From Macrostomum lignano (Eukaryota), in NCBI GenBank assembly GCA_002269645.1, contig NIVC01003304.1, positions 41,016 to 105,015 on the forward strand: DNA of 64,000 nt, written 5' to 3'. Of this stretch, positions 36,213 through 48,135 are shown piece after piece; positions within the stretch are counted from its first letter, which is position 1, and every line of letters begins with the position of its first letter. The notes under the pieces are model-generated. The model searched no databases. It was given only the letters and a program-made list of their open reading frames with translations, and was not told the origin of the DNA. Both the position numbers and the translations under genes were made by a program.

Positions 36213-36301
36213 CTAATTCATCCACTAGTCTGAATACCTATTAAGACACTAGTCTATCTACTAGTTTATCTAGCAGTCCATCAGCCGGCTCCCTGACTCA
36301 C

Positions 36302-37329
36302 CTGCAGTGAACGGTGATCGGCCCGTCCTGCCCAAACTGCTCTTTGGTTTTGTGCACCTGGCCGATAAACTCGATGAAGCCTTCGCCAGATTTCGGCACG
36401 CCCTGGTCGGGCCACTCGGTGAAGTGGAACTGGCGCACCGTTCTGGACTGGCCGTCCCTGGCGTCCGTGACCTTGAACTCGCGCAGGATGTAGCTGGGCA
36501 TGTTGTACTCTGCCATGGGGTCAACCACAAAGTACTGGTAGCGGGCCGAGCGCTCGCCAGGCCAATACTGGTGACATTTCTCCCGGCCCTGCTCGCGCAG
36601 TTTGGTGAGGTTTACCACAATGGTGGAGTTGTGCTCCCACAGCATGCGCCAGAAGTCCTCGGCGGTGTCCGGCAGCGGCCCCTGGGTGGCGATGTAGCAG
36701 GCCCGCTGCCTATAGCCGTCGATCCAGGAGGCGTTGATGTAGTCGGAGCCTTCGACGCCGCGTATCGGCTGCAGGTAGACACGGCAGTTCTCGTAGGGCA
36801 AAATGTTCACCAGGCGGTTCTTCAGCTTGTTGGCTGGCAGGCTGGCGCTGGTGAACTTGGCCGAGGCTGGCGGCTTCATCTGGGCCAGGCTGCGGAACTC
36901 CAGCTCCAGGCCGCTGACTCCGGACAGGTCATCCAGCAGGCTCAGCTTGTGCACGTGATTGGCCAGGGCTCGAGCCGGGACCTCCGTGTTGCCGCAGGTC
37001 ACCGCTTCCACCAGGCAGTCGTGAATGAAGATGTACTGGTCCTCAGTCTGCACCATGTAGTTCCGCTGCGCTCGCAGGCAGGTCACGTGACCGTAGACGT
37101 CCAGCGTCTTCTCCTGCTTCATCCGTTCGAGCATAGCATCGATGACGATGAAAGCGCCGGTGCGGCCGACGCCGGCGCTGCAGTGGACGACAATTGGCCC
37201 GGCGTCGGGCGGGTTGGAGGCGCGCACCCGGCGCAGGAACATGAGCAGCGGGGCGCAGTGTTCGGGCACGCCGTGGTCCGGCCAGGCCGTGAACTGGAAG
37301 TGTCGAATCTCGCGCTTCTCGGTGGCGCC
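36302..37329 (-). CDS. Lar: LAR-family RPTP exon: end of PTP D1 and most of D2
   Basis: [24 protein letters not shown] (D1); KNRL, DYINAS, WPDQGVP, VHC (D2). Canonical splice sites, intact frame. Confidence 0.95.
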
Positions 37330-37439
37330 CTGCAGTTGTTGGGCGCAGGTGGTTAGGGGTGATGGGGCTTGAGAAGCGGGTGAGTTGCGGAGAATCAGAA
37401 TTATGAGATGGGGGAGAATCAGACGGAGGGATAGAAAAG

Positions 37440-38225
37440 TCAGGGAGGGAGAGAGAGAGTCAGACAGAGGCAGAGAGAGTCAAAGAAGCAGAAAGTCAAA
37501 GAGCAGAGAGAGTCAGAGAGAGAATCAGAGAGAGTTAGAGAGTCAGAGAGGCAGAGAGAGTCAGAGAGAGGTACAGAGATGCAGGGAGAAGCAGAAGAGT
37601 CAGAAAAGGTCACAGAGGCAGAGAGTCAGACAGAGGGTCAGAGAGAGTTAGAGAGTCAGAGAGGCAGAGAGAGTCAGAGAGAGGTACAGAGATGCAGGGA
37701 GAAGCAGAAGAGTCAGAAAAGGTCACAGAGGCAGAGAGTCAGACAGAGGGTCAGAGAGAGTCAGAGAGAGTCAGAGAGTCAGAGAGTCAGAGAGAGGCAG
37801 AGAGAGTCAGAGAGCATCAGAGAGAGTCAGAGGCAGAGTGTCAGAGAGAGTCAGAGAGAGTCAGAGAGAGTCAGAGAGAGTCAGAGAGTCAGAGAGTCAG
37901 AGAGTCAGAGAGAGGCAGAGAGAGTCAGAGAGCATCAGAGAGAGTCAGAGGCAGAGTGTCAGAGAGAGTCAGAGAGTCAGAGAGTCAGAGAGTCAGAGAG
38001 AGGCAGAGAGAGTCAGAGCAGAGTGTCAGAGAGAGTCAGAGAGAGTCAGAGAGTGTCAGAGAGAGTCAGAGAGTCAGAGAGTCAGAGAGTCAGAGAGAGG
38101 CAGAGAGAGTCAGAGGCAGAGTGTCAGAGAGAGTCAGAGAGTGTCAGAGAGAGTCAGAGAGTCAGAGAGTCAGAGAGCATCAGAGAGAGTCAGAGGCAGA
38201 GTGTCAGAGAGAGTCAGAGAGAGTA
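37440..38225 (+). repeat. (GAGA)GTCAGA-type 8-10-bp simple repeat
   Basis: Purine-rich tandem tract; source of the spurious RESQ ORFs. Confidence 0.9.
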
Positions 38226-38949
38226 AACAGCCCCAGATCAAAGCAAGAGCCAAGAAAGGCAGACCCTGGCGTGCGAACAAAATTTTATTCTGCAAGCACA
38301 GAAGTGCAGAGCTCCGACTCTCTAGGGCCTGCTCAGTCCCAAAGGGATTTCTTTGAAAGAAACCCCGGCCTCAGGATCTTTCCCCAGAAAGCTTTCTCCC
38401 ACCCCCTCGCACTGACTGATCCGGTGCAAATCTGACACAAGCTTTTTAGTCTTTCGCATTTCACACTGAATTGGCGTCTCTACTTTCTTTTACAAGCTGA
38501 TGAGGCCCGAGGCGCGTCTCCAATGTATCGAGTATCGACTCAGCTTGCTCTAATCCGGGATTAACTCAGCTCCTGCTCACACCTACTCACTCGATTCTGG
38601 CAGTGTCACCTCGGCTACTCTAATCCAACGGTTCTTCAGCCCGTGCCCCCCTGTGCGAGACTCGCACTTGACTAATTATCCGCTGTTGTCGAGTTGAGTG
38701 CAACTGGCCCCAGAGAGAGGCGTCATCATCGCTTTCTAATTGGTGAGTAAAATCAAGGATCTACGAGTGGTAGGTGTAGAATGGAGAATCTTGGATCGCA
38801 TGACAACTGCCGGATGCGCTATCACTAGCCAATAGTAGCCGTTATTGACTAGATAAAATCGCAATGAACCCACCGATTAGGTCTAATAGTGCAGAAAGCT
38901 AATAGCGGAGAGACAGCGGGAAGGTTTATAGTGCACTAGGAGAGTTACG

Positions 38950-39562
38950 GAGAGTCAGAAGGAGAAATAAAGGGTCAGAAGAGTTGGGGAAGAATCAGAG
39001 AGAGATGGGTAGAGTCAGGGAGAGAGAGAGAGAGAGAGTCAGAGGAGGAGTCAGAGAGGCAGAGAGAGGCAGAGAATTTCAGAAAGAATAAGAGAGAGTC
39101 AGAGAATCAGAGAGAGTCAGAGAAACTCAAAGAGAGTCAGAGAGAGTCAGAGAGAGTCAGAGAGTCAGAAAGAGTCAGAGAGTCGGACAGTCAGAGAGAG
39201 TCAGAGAAGCTCAAAGAGAGTCAGAGAGAGGCAGAGAGAGTCAGAGAGGCAGAGAGAGTCAGAGAGTCGGAGAGTCAGAGAGAGTCAGAGAGAGTCAGAG
39301 AGAGTCAGAGAGAGTCAGAGAGTCAGAGAGAGTCAGAGAGAGTCAGAGAGTCGGAGAGTCAGAGAGAGTCAGAGAGAGTCAGAGAGAGTCAGAGAGAGTC
39401 AGAGAGTCAGAGAGAGTCAGAGAGAGTCAGAGAGTCGGAGAGTCAGAGAGAGTCAGAGAGAGTCAGAGTCAGAGAGAGTCAGAGTCAGAGAGAGTCAGAG
39501 AGAGTCAGAGAGTCAGAGAATCAGAGAGAGTCAGAGTCAGAGAGAGTCAGAGAGAGTCAGAC
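38950..39562 (+). repeat. Second AGAGAGTCAG simple-repeat tract in the same intron
   Basis: Tandem tract visible. Confidence 0.9.
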
Positions 39563-39602
39563 AAGTCTAACAGTGCAGAAAGGTAACACGGCAGCCACTC
39601 AC

Positions 39603-40121
39603 AGCCCGCTGCAGTGCAAACGTCCTGATTGTGTAGTAAGCCAGTTCCAGCGTGTCGATAAGCGTCACTCCCATCATATCGTAGGTCTCCGTGCCCTTCA
39701 CTGGCCAGTACAAATCGCATTTCACTCTGGTCCGTTCCTCCAATTTCGTCATCATGACAATAGTGCAGCACTTCTGCTCCCAGGCCATGCGCCAGAAGTC
39801 CGCCACAGTGTCCGGAAGGGGGCCCTGGGTAGCAATGTAGGCATTCTGCTTGCGGTAGCCGTCCATGTAGTTCGCGTTGATGTAGTCGCTTCCGGGCAGG
39901 TTGTCCATGGGCTGCAGCACCACACGGGAGTGATCGTAGGCGATCACGTTGGCGTAACGGTTTTTAGCTTTGTTCACCTCCAGGTTGGAGTTCTCCAGGT
40001 GAACTGCTGGCCCGGGTCGATTGATTCGTATTCGGCCGAGAATTTCAAGTTGTCGTTGGCCTTCAGGTTGTTGACGTGGTCGATTAGCTGACCAATTGGC
40101 ACCGGCGGTGGTTCACCATGG
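39603..40121 (-). CDS. Lar: LAR-family RPTP exon: wedge and start of PTP D1; two 1-bp deletions
   Basis: HPPVP...[35 protein letters not shown]...SDYINAN. The 519-bp exon is 2 nt short of its phase requirement. Missing bases at about 40107 and 39995. Confidence 0.9.
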
Positions 40122-40147
40122 CTGTGGGGAGGGGTGTGGCGGTTGTG

Positions 40148-40508
40148 CGGGTCATGTATGGGCCATGTTCTGTGTATTGGTCATGTTCTGTGTATGGGTC
40201 CTGTATTATGGGTCATGTATTGTGTATGGGTCATGTATTGTGTATGGGTCATGTATTGTGTATGGGTCATGTATTGTGTATGGGTCATGTATTGTGTATG
40301 GGTCATGTATTGTGTATGGGTCATGTATTGTGTATGGGTCATGTATTGTGTATGGGTCATGTTCTGTGTATGGGTCATGTATTGTGTATGGGTCATGTAT
40401 TGTGTATGGGTCATGTATTGTGTATGGGTCATGTTCTGTATATGGGTCATGTATTGCGTATGGGTCATGTTCTGTGTATGGGTCATGTATTGTATATGGG
40501 TCATGTAC
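40148..40508 (+). repeat. 18-bp minisatellite TATGGGTCATGTATTGTG
   Basis: About 19 units adjoining the D1 exon acceptor. Confidence 0.95.
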
Positions 40509-41029
40509 TCATGTCAGATGTTCATCTCACTTCTTGAATATGTTTGTATGATCACTAGGCAGTCATAGCATATTGCTAATTGGTTGTATACAGTAAATAT
40601 TTATACACTAAAAATTACAAAGAACAATCAATCAATGAAATTCAATTAATCAAGATATTCACCTGATAAAAGACTGATTACATAATTTAATTTAAATCAG
40701 ACAGCAACCCACCTAATAACTAATCTAAAAAATCGAAATTGACAGCTCTTCTGATTTCACTGCTCAAACTGAATCAAATAAATTGCCAGTTCCACTGATT
40801 TCAGAGTTAGACAGCCTCACCATACAGCGGGTTGACAACAATCTCTGAAAGATGATTCAATGAAGAGAAGCAATCAGTGAAAGGACTGGGGATCTCAATT
40901 CATTCGCCCTTGTCTACATGGTGCGCTTCCGTTCTGGAAGAAAAGCTGCATAGATTGAGCTGAGATAAGGGAGACAGATGCTTCAGAAAGGTGTCTATTC
41001 AAAAGATATTAGCGTCACAGTCGGGGAAA

Positions 41030-41585
41030 CCATTGTCTACCATTGTCTACCATTTATTATACCATTGTCTACCATTGTCTACAATTGTCTACCTTTGTCT
41101 ACCATTGTCTACAATTGTCTACCTTTTGTCTACCATTGTCTACAATTGTCTACCTTTGTCTACCATTGTCTACAATTGTCTACCATTTATACCATTGTCT
41201 ACCATTTTTACACATTGACCATTTATACCATTGTCTACCATTGTCTACCTTTGTCTACCATTGTCTCCATTGTCTATAATTGTTCTACCATTTATACTAT
41301 TGTCTACCATTTATACCATTGTCTACAATTGTCTACCTTTGTCTACCATTGTCTACAATTGTCTACCATTGTCTACCATTTATACCTTTGTCTACCATTG
41401 TCTACAATTGTCTACCATTGTCTAACATTGACTAAAATTGTTTATCATTGACTAAAATTGTCTATCATTGACTAAAATCGTCTACCATTGTTTACCATTG
41501 TCTACCACTGACTACCATTGCTTACCATTGTCTACCACTGTCTACCATTGCTTACCATTGTCTACCACTGTCTACCATTGCTCCC
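41030..41585 (+). repeat. 10-bp repeat ACCATTGTCT
   Basis: About 50 degenerate units. Confidence 0.9.
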
Positions 41586-41718
41586 CATTCTTTTGATTTC
41601 TAGAACGCATACAGTGCATGGCGATGCAGTCCAAGTGACTTGCTCGGCGTTACAATTCTGCTGACTGCGGCTGTACAACACCCACAAATTGTCAGTTTAT
41701 AAGAGCAGCCAGACTCAC

Positions 41719-42017
41719 CCGGTGTCGGGAAGTTGACCCGACGCAGTTCCACAGGGTCAGTGGGGCCGGCATGATAAGCTGAGCTGTTGCCAGATCCAAT
41801 TGATGAAGTTGGCAGAGTGCCAGAGTGACCTGGCGGCATTGTCATGAACTGCTGACCCATCGCCATCGCTTGCATCTGTTGTTGCTGTTGCTGCTGTTGT
41901 TGCTGCTGCTGCTGAAGAAGCAACTGTTGCTGGTGTTGCAGAAGCTGCTGCTGCTGCTGTTGCTGTTGCTGTTGTTGAAGCAGAGACGCCGGTCCGTGGC
42001 CGCCGCCACCGCCGCCA

Positions 42018-42053
<36 letters not shown>

Positions 42054-42209
42054 CTGCTCTGCAGCGTGCCAGTGCAGAAGCTGGTCGAGTTGTTGTGCTG
42101 GGCGGCGATCAGAGGCTGCTTAAGGGCCGGCTCCACCATCACCTGGAGCGGCTGGCGCGAGTAGGACGAGTTGCCGTTCCTGAAGTTGCGCCCACGTTCG
42201 CCGCCCTTG
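41719..42209 (-). CDS. Lar: LAR-family RPTP juxtamembrane exon with poly-Gly and poly-Gln insert
   Basis: Phase 2-1, open. Ends PTDPVELRRVNFPTP, matching the LAR DPVEMRRLNYQTPG motif. Confidence 0.85.
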
Positions 42210-42261
42210 CTGCAAGCGAAATCGGGGGGGGGACGCAGGGCGATGTAAGGCTGCAGGTTGG

Positions 42262-42365
42262 CCTACTCAATAACTGTACGCAGGCACTGTACGTTGACTT
42301 TCTAATCATCAGGCATGTACACTCTCTGTGCCCTAAGGGTTGGCCCTCATGGCTGCGAATGGCAG
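42262..42365 (-). mobile_element. Partial copy of the SINE body in a LAR intron
   Basis: gactttctaatcatcaggcatgtacactctctgtgccctaagggttggccctcatggc. Confidence 0.5.
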
Positions 42366-42859
42366 CACAGCCCCCAAAGTTGTCCTACCCAACCGATCTA
42401 TGCTCTCTATATAAATGAATGAAAGATGGCCTTGTTGAGGTGGAAAAGTAGCAGAAAAATAATCTGCGGTAAAGAAGCGCCGCAGTAAATGAGATTCGTT
42501 AATAAGAACTTTGCCTGTCTTACCCCCCCCCCCCAGCTAGCCTTCCAGACTCCAGCAAGCTGTTTAGACAAGCAGCATCGCAGTTAAATGGGAAAGGACT
42601 ATACCACATTAATTCCATCCTATCCATCAAGGAATGAAAAGCAGATAGGGAAGGAAAACTGCCGCCTTCAAGCCTCTGCCTGAGCGATGCAAATCAGGTC
42701 AAGCTGGGAGAGCCATGGAGCTCCAGATGAAAAAGCATCTGGATTGGAAACCGACTATCTGCAAACTTTTTTACCTCAAGGGCCAGATAGGGAATTCAGC
42801 TCCTGTCTGCGGGCCAGATGAGAGTGCAAAGGAAAGGGAATGGAAGACAGAATATGAGA

Positions 42860-43580
42860 GGAGAGAGGGGACGCGGGGAATGGGATGAGAGAAAAGATAA
42901 AAGAGGAGAGGAGTTGGGAAAGAGGGCAGAGGGAGAGAGGGGAGAGGAAAAGAGAGAGAAAAGAGAGGGGAGAGGGGAGAGAAGAAGAGAGGGGAGAGAA
43001 GAAGAGAGGGGAGAGAAGAAGAGAGGGGAGAGAAGAAGAGAGGGGAGAGAAGAAGAGAGGGGAGAGAGGGGAGAGAAGAAGAGAGGAGAGAAGAAGAGAG
43101 GGGAGACAAGAAGAGAGGGAAGAGAGGGGAGACAAGAAGAGAGGGAAGAGAGGGGAGAGAAGAAGAGAGGAGAGAAGAAGAGAGGGGAGAGAAGAAGAGA
43201 GGGGAGAGAAGAAGAGAGGAGAGAAGAAGAGAGGGGAGAGAAGAAGAGAGGGGAGACAAGAAGAGAGGGAAGAGAGGGGAGACAAGAAGAGAGGGAAGAG
43301 AGGGGAGAGAAGAAGAGAGGAGAGAAGAAGAGAGGGGAGAGAAGAAGAGAGGGGAGAGAAGAAGAGAGGAGAGAAGAAGAGAGGGGAGAGAGGGAAGAGA
43401 GGGGAGAGAAGAAGAGAGGGGAGAGAAGAAGAGAGGGGAGAGAAGAAGAGAGGGGAGAGAAGAAGAGAGGGGAGAGAGGGAAGAGAGAGGAGAGAAGAAG
43501 AGAGGGGAGAGAGGGAAGAGAGGGGAGAGAAGAAGAGAGGGGAGAGAAGAAGAGAGGGGAGAGAAGAAGAGAGGGGAGGG
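42860..43580 (+). repeat. Polypurine (GA) tract, GGGGAGAGAAGAAGAGA units
   Basis: About 700 bp almost free of pyrimidines. Confidence 0.95.
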
Positions 43581-44054
43581 TGACGCTTGGCCCAGTCCAG
43601 ATATCTAAGCCTAGGACACCATGGCAGACTGATTTCCCGGAACGAGCCAGAATCGGATCGGAATGGGAAAAGCAGAATGGCAGAGTAAACAGGAGCGCAC
43701 ATACAGCCGAATTAGGCGCAAATTCTGCATAAGCAGGAATGCATCATCGAGACCGGGCTTGGGTTCGGAGGCAACGGTGAAACAGCATAGAAGAAGATTA
43801 TGCCTTGCCTCCCCTCTCTCTCTGCCCCTCACGGTGGTCCGTGGCCGTTGCATTTTATTCACTGTTTTTGCTGCCTAACTTTCAAGAATCAAGGATAGGA
43901 GGATAGTTGCGTCAGCAGTGAAAGTGCGCTAGTCAAGTGTATGGGGACAAAAAGGTTATGGTTTTTCAATAATATTCAATAGGCTTCTTTCATCTGAAAT
44001 ACATTGTTGGTTTTCCGTATGGCTCAACGACACTATTTCTCCCGCTCCTACCCC

Positions 44055-45558
44055 TGCTACCCCCTCTTCTGAGTGCCGCTACCCCTCCTCTCCTGAATGC
44101 CGATACCCCTCCTCTCCTGAGTGCCGATACCCCCTCTCCTGAGTGCCGATACCTCCTCTCCTGAGTGCCGATACCCCCTCTCCTGAGTGCCGATACCTCC
44201 TCTCCTGAGTGCCGATACCTCCTCTCCTGAGTGCCGATACCTCCTCTCCTGAGTGCCGATACCTCCTCTCCTGAGTGCCGATACCCCCTCTCCTGAGTGC
44301 CGATACCCGCTCTCTTGAGTGCCAATACCTACTCTCCTGAGTGCCAATACCCCCTCTCCTGAGTGCCAATACCTACTCTCCTGAGTGCCAATACCTACTC
44401 TCCTGAGTGCCGATACCCCCTCTCCTGAGTGCCGATACCTCCTCTCCTGAGTGCTGATACCCCTCTCCTGAGTGCCGATACCCGCTCTCCTGAGTGCCAA
44501 TACCTACTCTCCTGAGTGCCAATACCCCCTCTCCTGAGTGCCAATACCTCCTCTCCTGAGTGCCGATACCCCCTCTCCTGAGTGCCGATACCCGCTCTCC
44601 TGAGTGCCAATACCTACTCTCCTGAGTGCCAATACCCCCTCTCCTGAGTGCCAATACCTACTCTCCTGAGTGCCAATACCTACTCTCCTGAGTGCCGATA
44701 CCCCCTCTCCTGAGTGCCGATACCTCCTCTCCTGAGTGCTGATACCCCTCTCCTGAGTGCCGATACCCGCTCTCCTGAGTGCCAATACCTACTCTCCTGA
44801 GTGCCAATACCCCCTCTCCTGAGTGCCAATACCTACTCTCCTGAGTGCCAATACCTACTCTCCTGAGTGCCGCTATTCCCCCCTCTCCTGAGTGCCGCTA
44901 TCCCCCCTCTCCTGAGTGCCGCTATCCCCCCTCTCCTGAATGCCGCTATTCCCCCTCTCCTGAGTGCCGCTATTTCCCCTCTCCTGAGTGCCGCTATTTC
45001 CCCCTCTCCTGAGTGCCGCTATTTCCCCTCTCCTGAGTGCCGCTATTTCCCCCTCTCCTGAGTGCCGCTATTTCCCCCTCTCCTGAGTGCCGCTATCCCC
45101 CCTCTCCTGAGTGCCGCTATTCCCCCCTCTCCTGAGTGCCGCTATTTCCCCCTCTCCTGAGTGCCGCTATCCCCCCTCTCCTGAGTGCCGCTATTTCCCC
45201 CTCTCCTGAGTGCCGCTATCCCCCCTCTCCTGAGTGCCGCTATTCCCCCTCTCCTGAGTGCCGCTAATCCCCCTCTCCTGAGTGCCGCTATTTCCCCCTC
45301 TCCTGAGTGCCGCTATTCCCCCTCTCCTGAGTGCCGCTATTTCCCCCTCTCCTGAGTGCCGCTATCCCCCCTCTCCTGAGTGCCGCTATTCCCCCTCTCC
45401 TGAGTGCCGCTATTTCCCCCTCTCCTGAGTGCCGCTATCCCCCTCTCCTGAGTGCCGCTATTCCCCCCTCTCCTGAGTGCCGCTAATCCCCCTCTCCTGA
45501 GTGCCGCTATCCCCCCTCTCCTGAGTGCCGCTAATCCCCCTCTCCTGAGTGCCGCTAC
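44055..45558 (+). repeat. 22-24-bp minisatellite CTCCTGAGTGCC(G/A)ATACCCCT switching to CTCCTGAGTGCCGCTATTCCCCCT near 44870
   Basis: About 65 units in two sub-arrays. Confidence 0.95.
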
Positions 45559-45675
45559 CTCTGGAGCTTTCTCCCACAACTAGCCACCCATTACCCTATT
45601 GACATCATTCAAATCCGTCACCGGATTATCGATAATCGATCGCTAACCCCCCACCCAACAGTACAAAAGACTTAC

Positions 45676-47024
45676 GGCGGGCAGACAAAGCAGCCAAGTG
45701 CAATGCAGCCGACTGCGATGCAGACAACGGCAGTCAGACCCAATGCGGAGATCACTAGAACAACAATCAACGTGTGGTAATTGTTCCCATCGTCTGTAGC
45801 TCGACTCGGCGTTGCCAAGGGAACATGGGTGCCGAACGCTAGCGACCACTCGCTATTAGTGCAGCCCTCGTGCCTGCCGCCTCCGTGCGCGTCGCTTAGA
45901 CAGGCTCGCAGTACAGCTTTATAAGCCTGGCCTTCCATCAGCGCTTTGTTAAATGCCACCTGCCCGACACCGTCCGGTCCCGGACAGTTCTCCGTTGTAT
46001 CTCCGTAGCCCAGGCTGAACTCGATGCTGGCCGCGCCGCCGCCGCCGCCGCCGCTGCCGCCGCTGGAGCCGACCAGTTGGGCAAATTTTTCAGCCGTGAA
46101 GCAGGCGGCAATGTAGGGCTCCTGCGAGCTTTTCACCAGAGGATTAGCGCTGGCAATCAGGTTGGCATGGTGCAGCAGATTAGTGCCAATCAGCTTGGAC
46201 TCCGGCGACACGATTAAGTAATAGCGGTCCACGCGGCCGCGGCGATCCGTGGCGCGGCTCAGCCGCAGCGTCACCACCCGCTTGCTGGCGTCCTTCGATA
46301 CGGCGACTGGCGGCTCCACTTTCTTCGGCGGCCGTGGCAGGGTGACGCAGATCACGCTTGTTGGAACTGCGATAGGCGCGGAGCTGGGGAAGGCGTACCG
46401 GGCGTAAACCGTTATGTTGTAGGTGGTGTCCGGCTCGAGGCCGTCGATGGTCAAATCGAAGGTGTTGCTGCCAATGTCCGGCAGCGGCACCTGACGCATG
46501 GAGTTCGGCTGCTTCCTAGTCAGCATAGCGCCTGTCTCGTCTTGATAATTAGCGAAGCCCAATGCCGCGTACTGGAAGCTCTCCAGGTTGGCCGGCGTCT
46601 CGGGCTTTGACCAGGTGATGTACAGAGACTCGGGGCGCCGGTCCATGCAGCGCAGCTGGCGCGGCGCCATCTGGCGCCATTTTGCGGGTCCCTGGCGCGG
46701 CGCGGCGTCTCCATTGTACAGCTGCACCACGTAGTCGCTGGTGAGGGGTCCCAGCGTTCCGTCGAGGCCCACCGACTGCAGGCGGACAATGTACTCTGAA
46801 TTAGAAAAGAGGTCGGTGATCATATATCCGCTGTCGGTAGGCGATGGAACCGTGTGCTCGGTGAAGTGCCGGTCCTCTCGCATAGTTGACGGAGCGGTGT
46901 GCACGCGAACTTCACGGATTTTACCGGCTGGCAAGCGCCAGTTGATGCGGATGACGGTGGGCGAGACTCGCTCGATGTGGTCCACAATGGGCGGCTCGGG
47001 CCCCCGGCCCTGGGTCATTTCCAC
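45676..47024 (-). CDS. Lar: LAR-family RPTP exon: two FN3 repeats, membrane-proximal region and transmembrane helix
   Basis: Intact 1349-bp frame with FN3 W and Y motifs (DGLEPDTTYNITVYA). TM TLIVVLVISALGLTAVVCIAVGCIALGCFV. Donor |GTAAGT. Confidence 0.9.
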
Positions 47025-47142
47025 CTGAATTTGGGAATGCGAGCTCCGGTGAGAAAGGGCTTCATCAGAACCCTTGGTTCGATTCCGTGCGCGGCCACAT
47101 GCATTTGAGGATTTCGCACTATAAATTGTCCGGCAGGACTGT

Positions 47143-47315
47143 GGAGGGGTTTTAGCTTGCTAGTCAGAGCGTCGGACTCACGACTCAAAGGTCGGGGGTT
47201 CGATTCTCGACCCACTGGGAACAATTTGTGTCCTTTGAGCAAGACACTTAACTCTGTATTGCTTCATTTCACCCAGCTGTAAAATGGGTGCCAGCATTAG
47301 CTGGGGTAATTGATG
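47143..47315 (+). mobile_element. tRNA-derived SINE with CORE-like central domain
   Basis: A-box-like tagcttgctagt and B box GGTTCGATTC at 47197. Then tgtgtcctttgagcaagacacttaac...acccagctgtaaaatggg, resembling the CORE domain (tgtgaccttgggcaagtcacttaac...ctgtaaaatggg). Confidence 0.75.
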
Positions 47316-47401
47316 GTTTTTAGCTAGACTCTGTGGTTGTTGAACTATCTAGCATCTGAGGTGAAGCTGAGCTTAAATTCAAAGGTTGCAGCATCGCCTA
47401 C

Positions 47402-47685
47402 CCGAAGCCGACTGCTCCAGGGTCCCGCGCCGGCAGAATTGTAGGCCCGGCAGCGGAAGAGGTACGTGCCCTTGGGGTTCAGGTCCTGCACCAGGATGCT
47501 CTCAGTTGAGGAGGTCCGGTTCACCGATCGCTTCGTTTCGTGCTCAGAATTCTGCTCCCAGTAGTGAATTTCGAAGGTGTGGATCACGCCGTTTCTTAAT
47601 AGCGGATTCGGCGGCTTCAGAGCAACGCTGACTGATGTGTCGGACATGTGCGTCACTCCGAAGTCTTCGGGGAAACCGAGCGGAA
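47402..47685 (-). CDS. Lar: LAR-family RPTP FN3 exon
   Basis: VPLGFPEDF...QDLNPKGTYLFRCRAYNSAGAGPWS; phase 1-0. Confidence 0.9.
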
Positions 47686-47774
47686 CTGAAAAGTTGACGG
47701 GGGTTATGCGAAATTGTTAGAGATAGTATACATTTACTTTGCTTGTGCAAACCAGATTCTTTGATATATTTCAT

Positions 47775-48135
47775 TCTCTAACCAATCATAGAGTCATAGA
47801 GAGCCTTGCTTTAACCTCGGACCAATCAGAGATCGTAGAGAGCTTCAATTCAACCTCGGACCAATCAGAGAATCGTAGAGAGCTTCAATTCAACCTCGGA
47901 CCAATCAGAGAGTCGTAGAGAGCCTTGAGTTAACCCCCGAACAATCTAAGAATTGTAGATAGCCTTAGTTCAACCTTTCACAAATGTAAGAATCGTAGAG
48001 AGCCTCGTGTCAATCTTTGACCAATCAGATAATCGTAGAGAGCCTCAATTCAACTTCTGACCAATCAAGATTCGTAGAGAACCTTGCTTTAACCTCTGAC
48101 CAATCTAGGAATCGTAGAGTGCCTTGCTTTACGTT
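47775..48135 (+). repeat. About 39-bp degenerate repeat with ACCAATCA core
   Basis: About 9 units of accaatcagagaatcgtagagagc... Confidence 0.85.

Noticed and set aside
42771-43732. Long Leu/Ser/Pro and Arg/Glu/Gly ORFs (also at 55410-56724)
   Set aside because: Stop-free polypurine tracts. Only the 43-nt start at 56620-56578 was kept as a candidate exon.
47143-47215. Possible tRNA gene (also 30215-30291)
   Set aside because: A and B boxes are present but I could not fold a complete cloverleaf, and both continue into repeat bodies, so they were called SINE heads.
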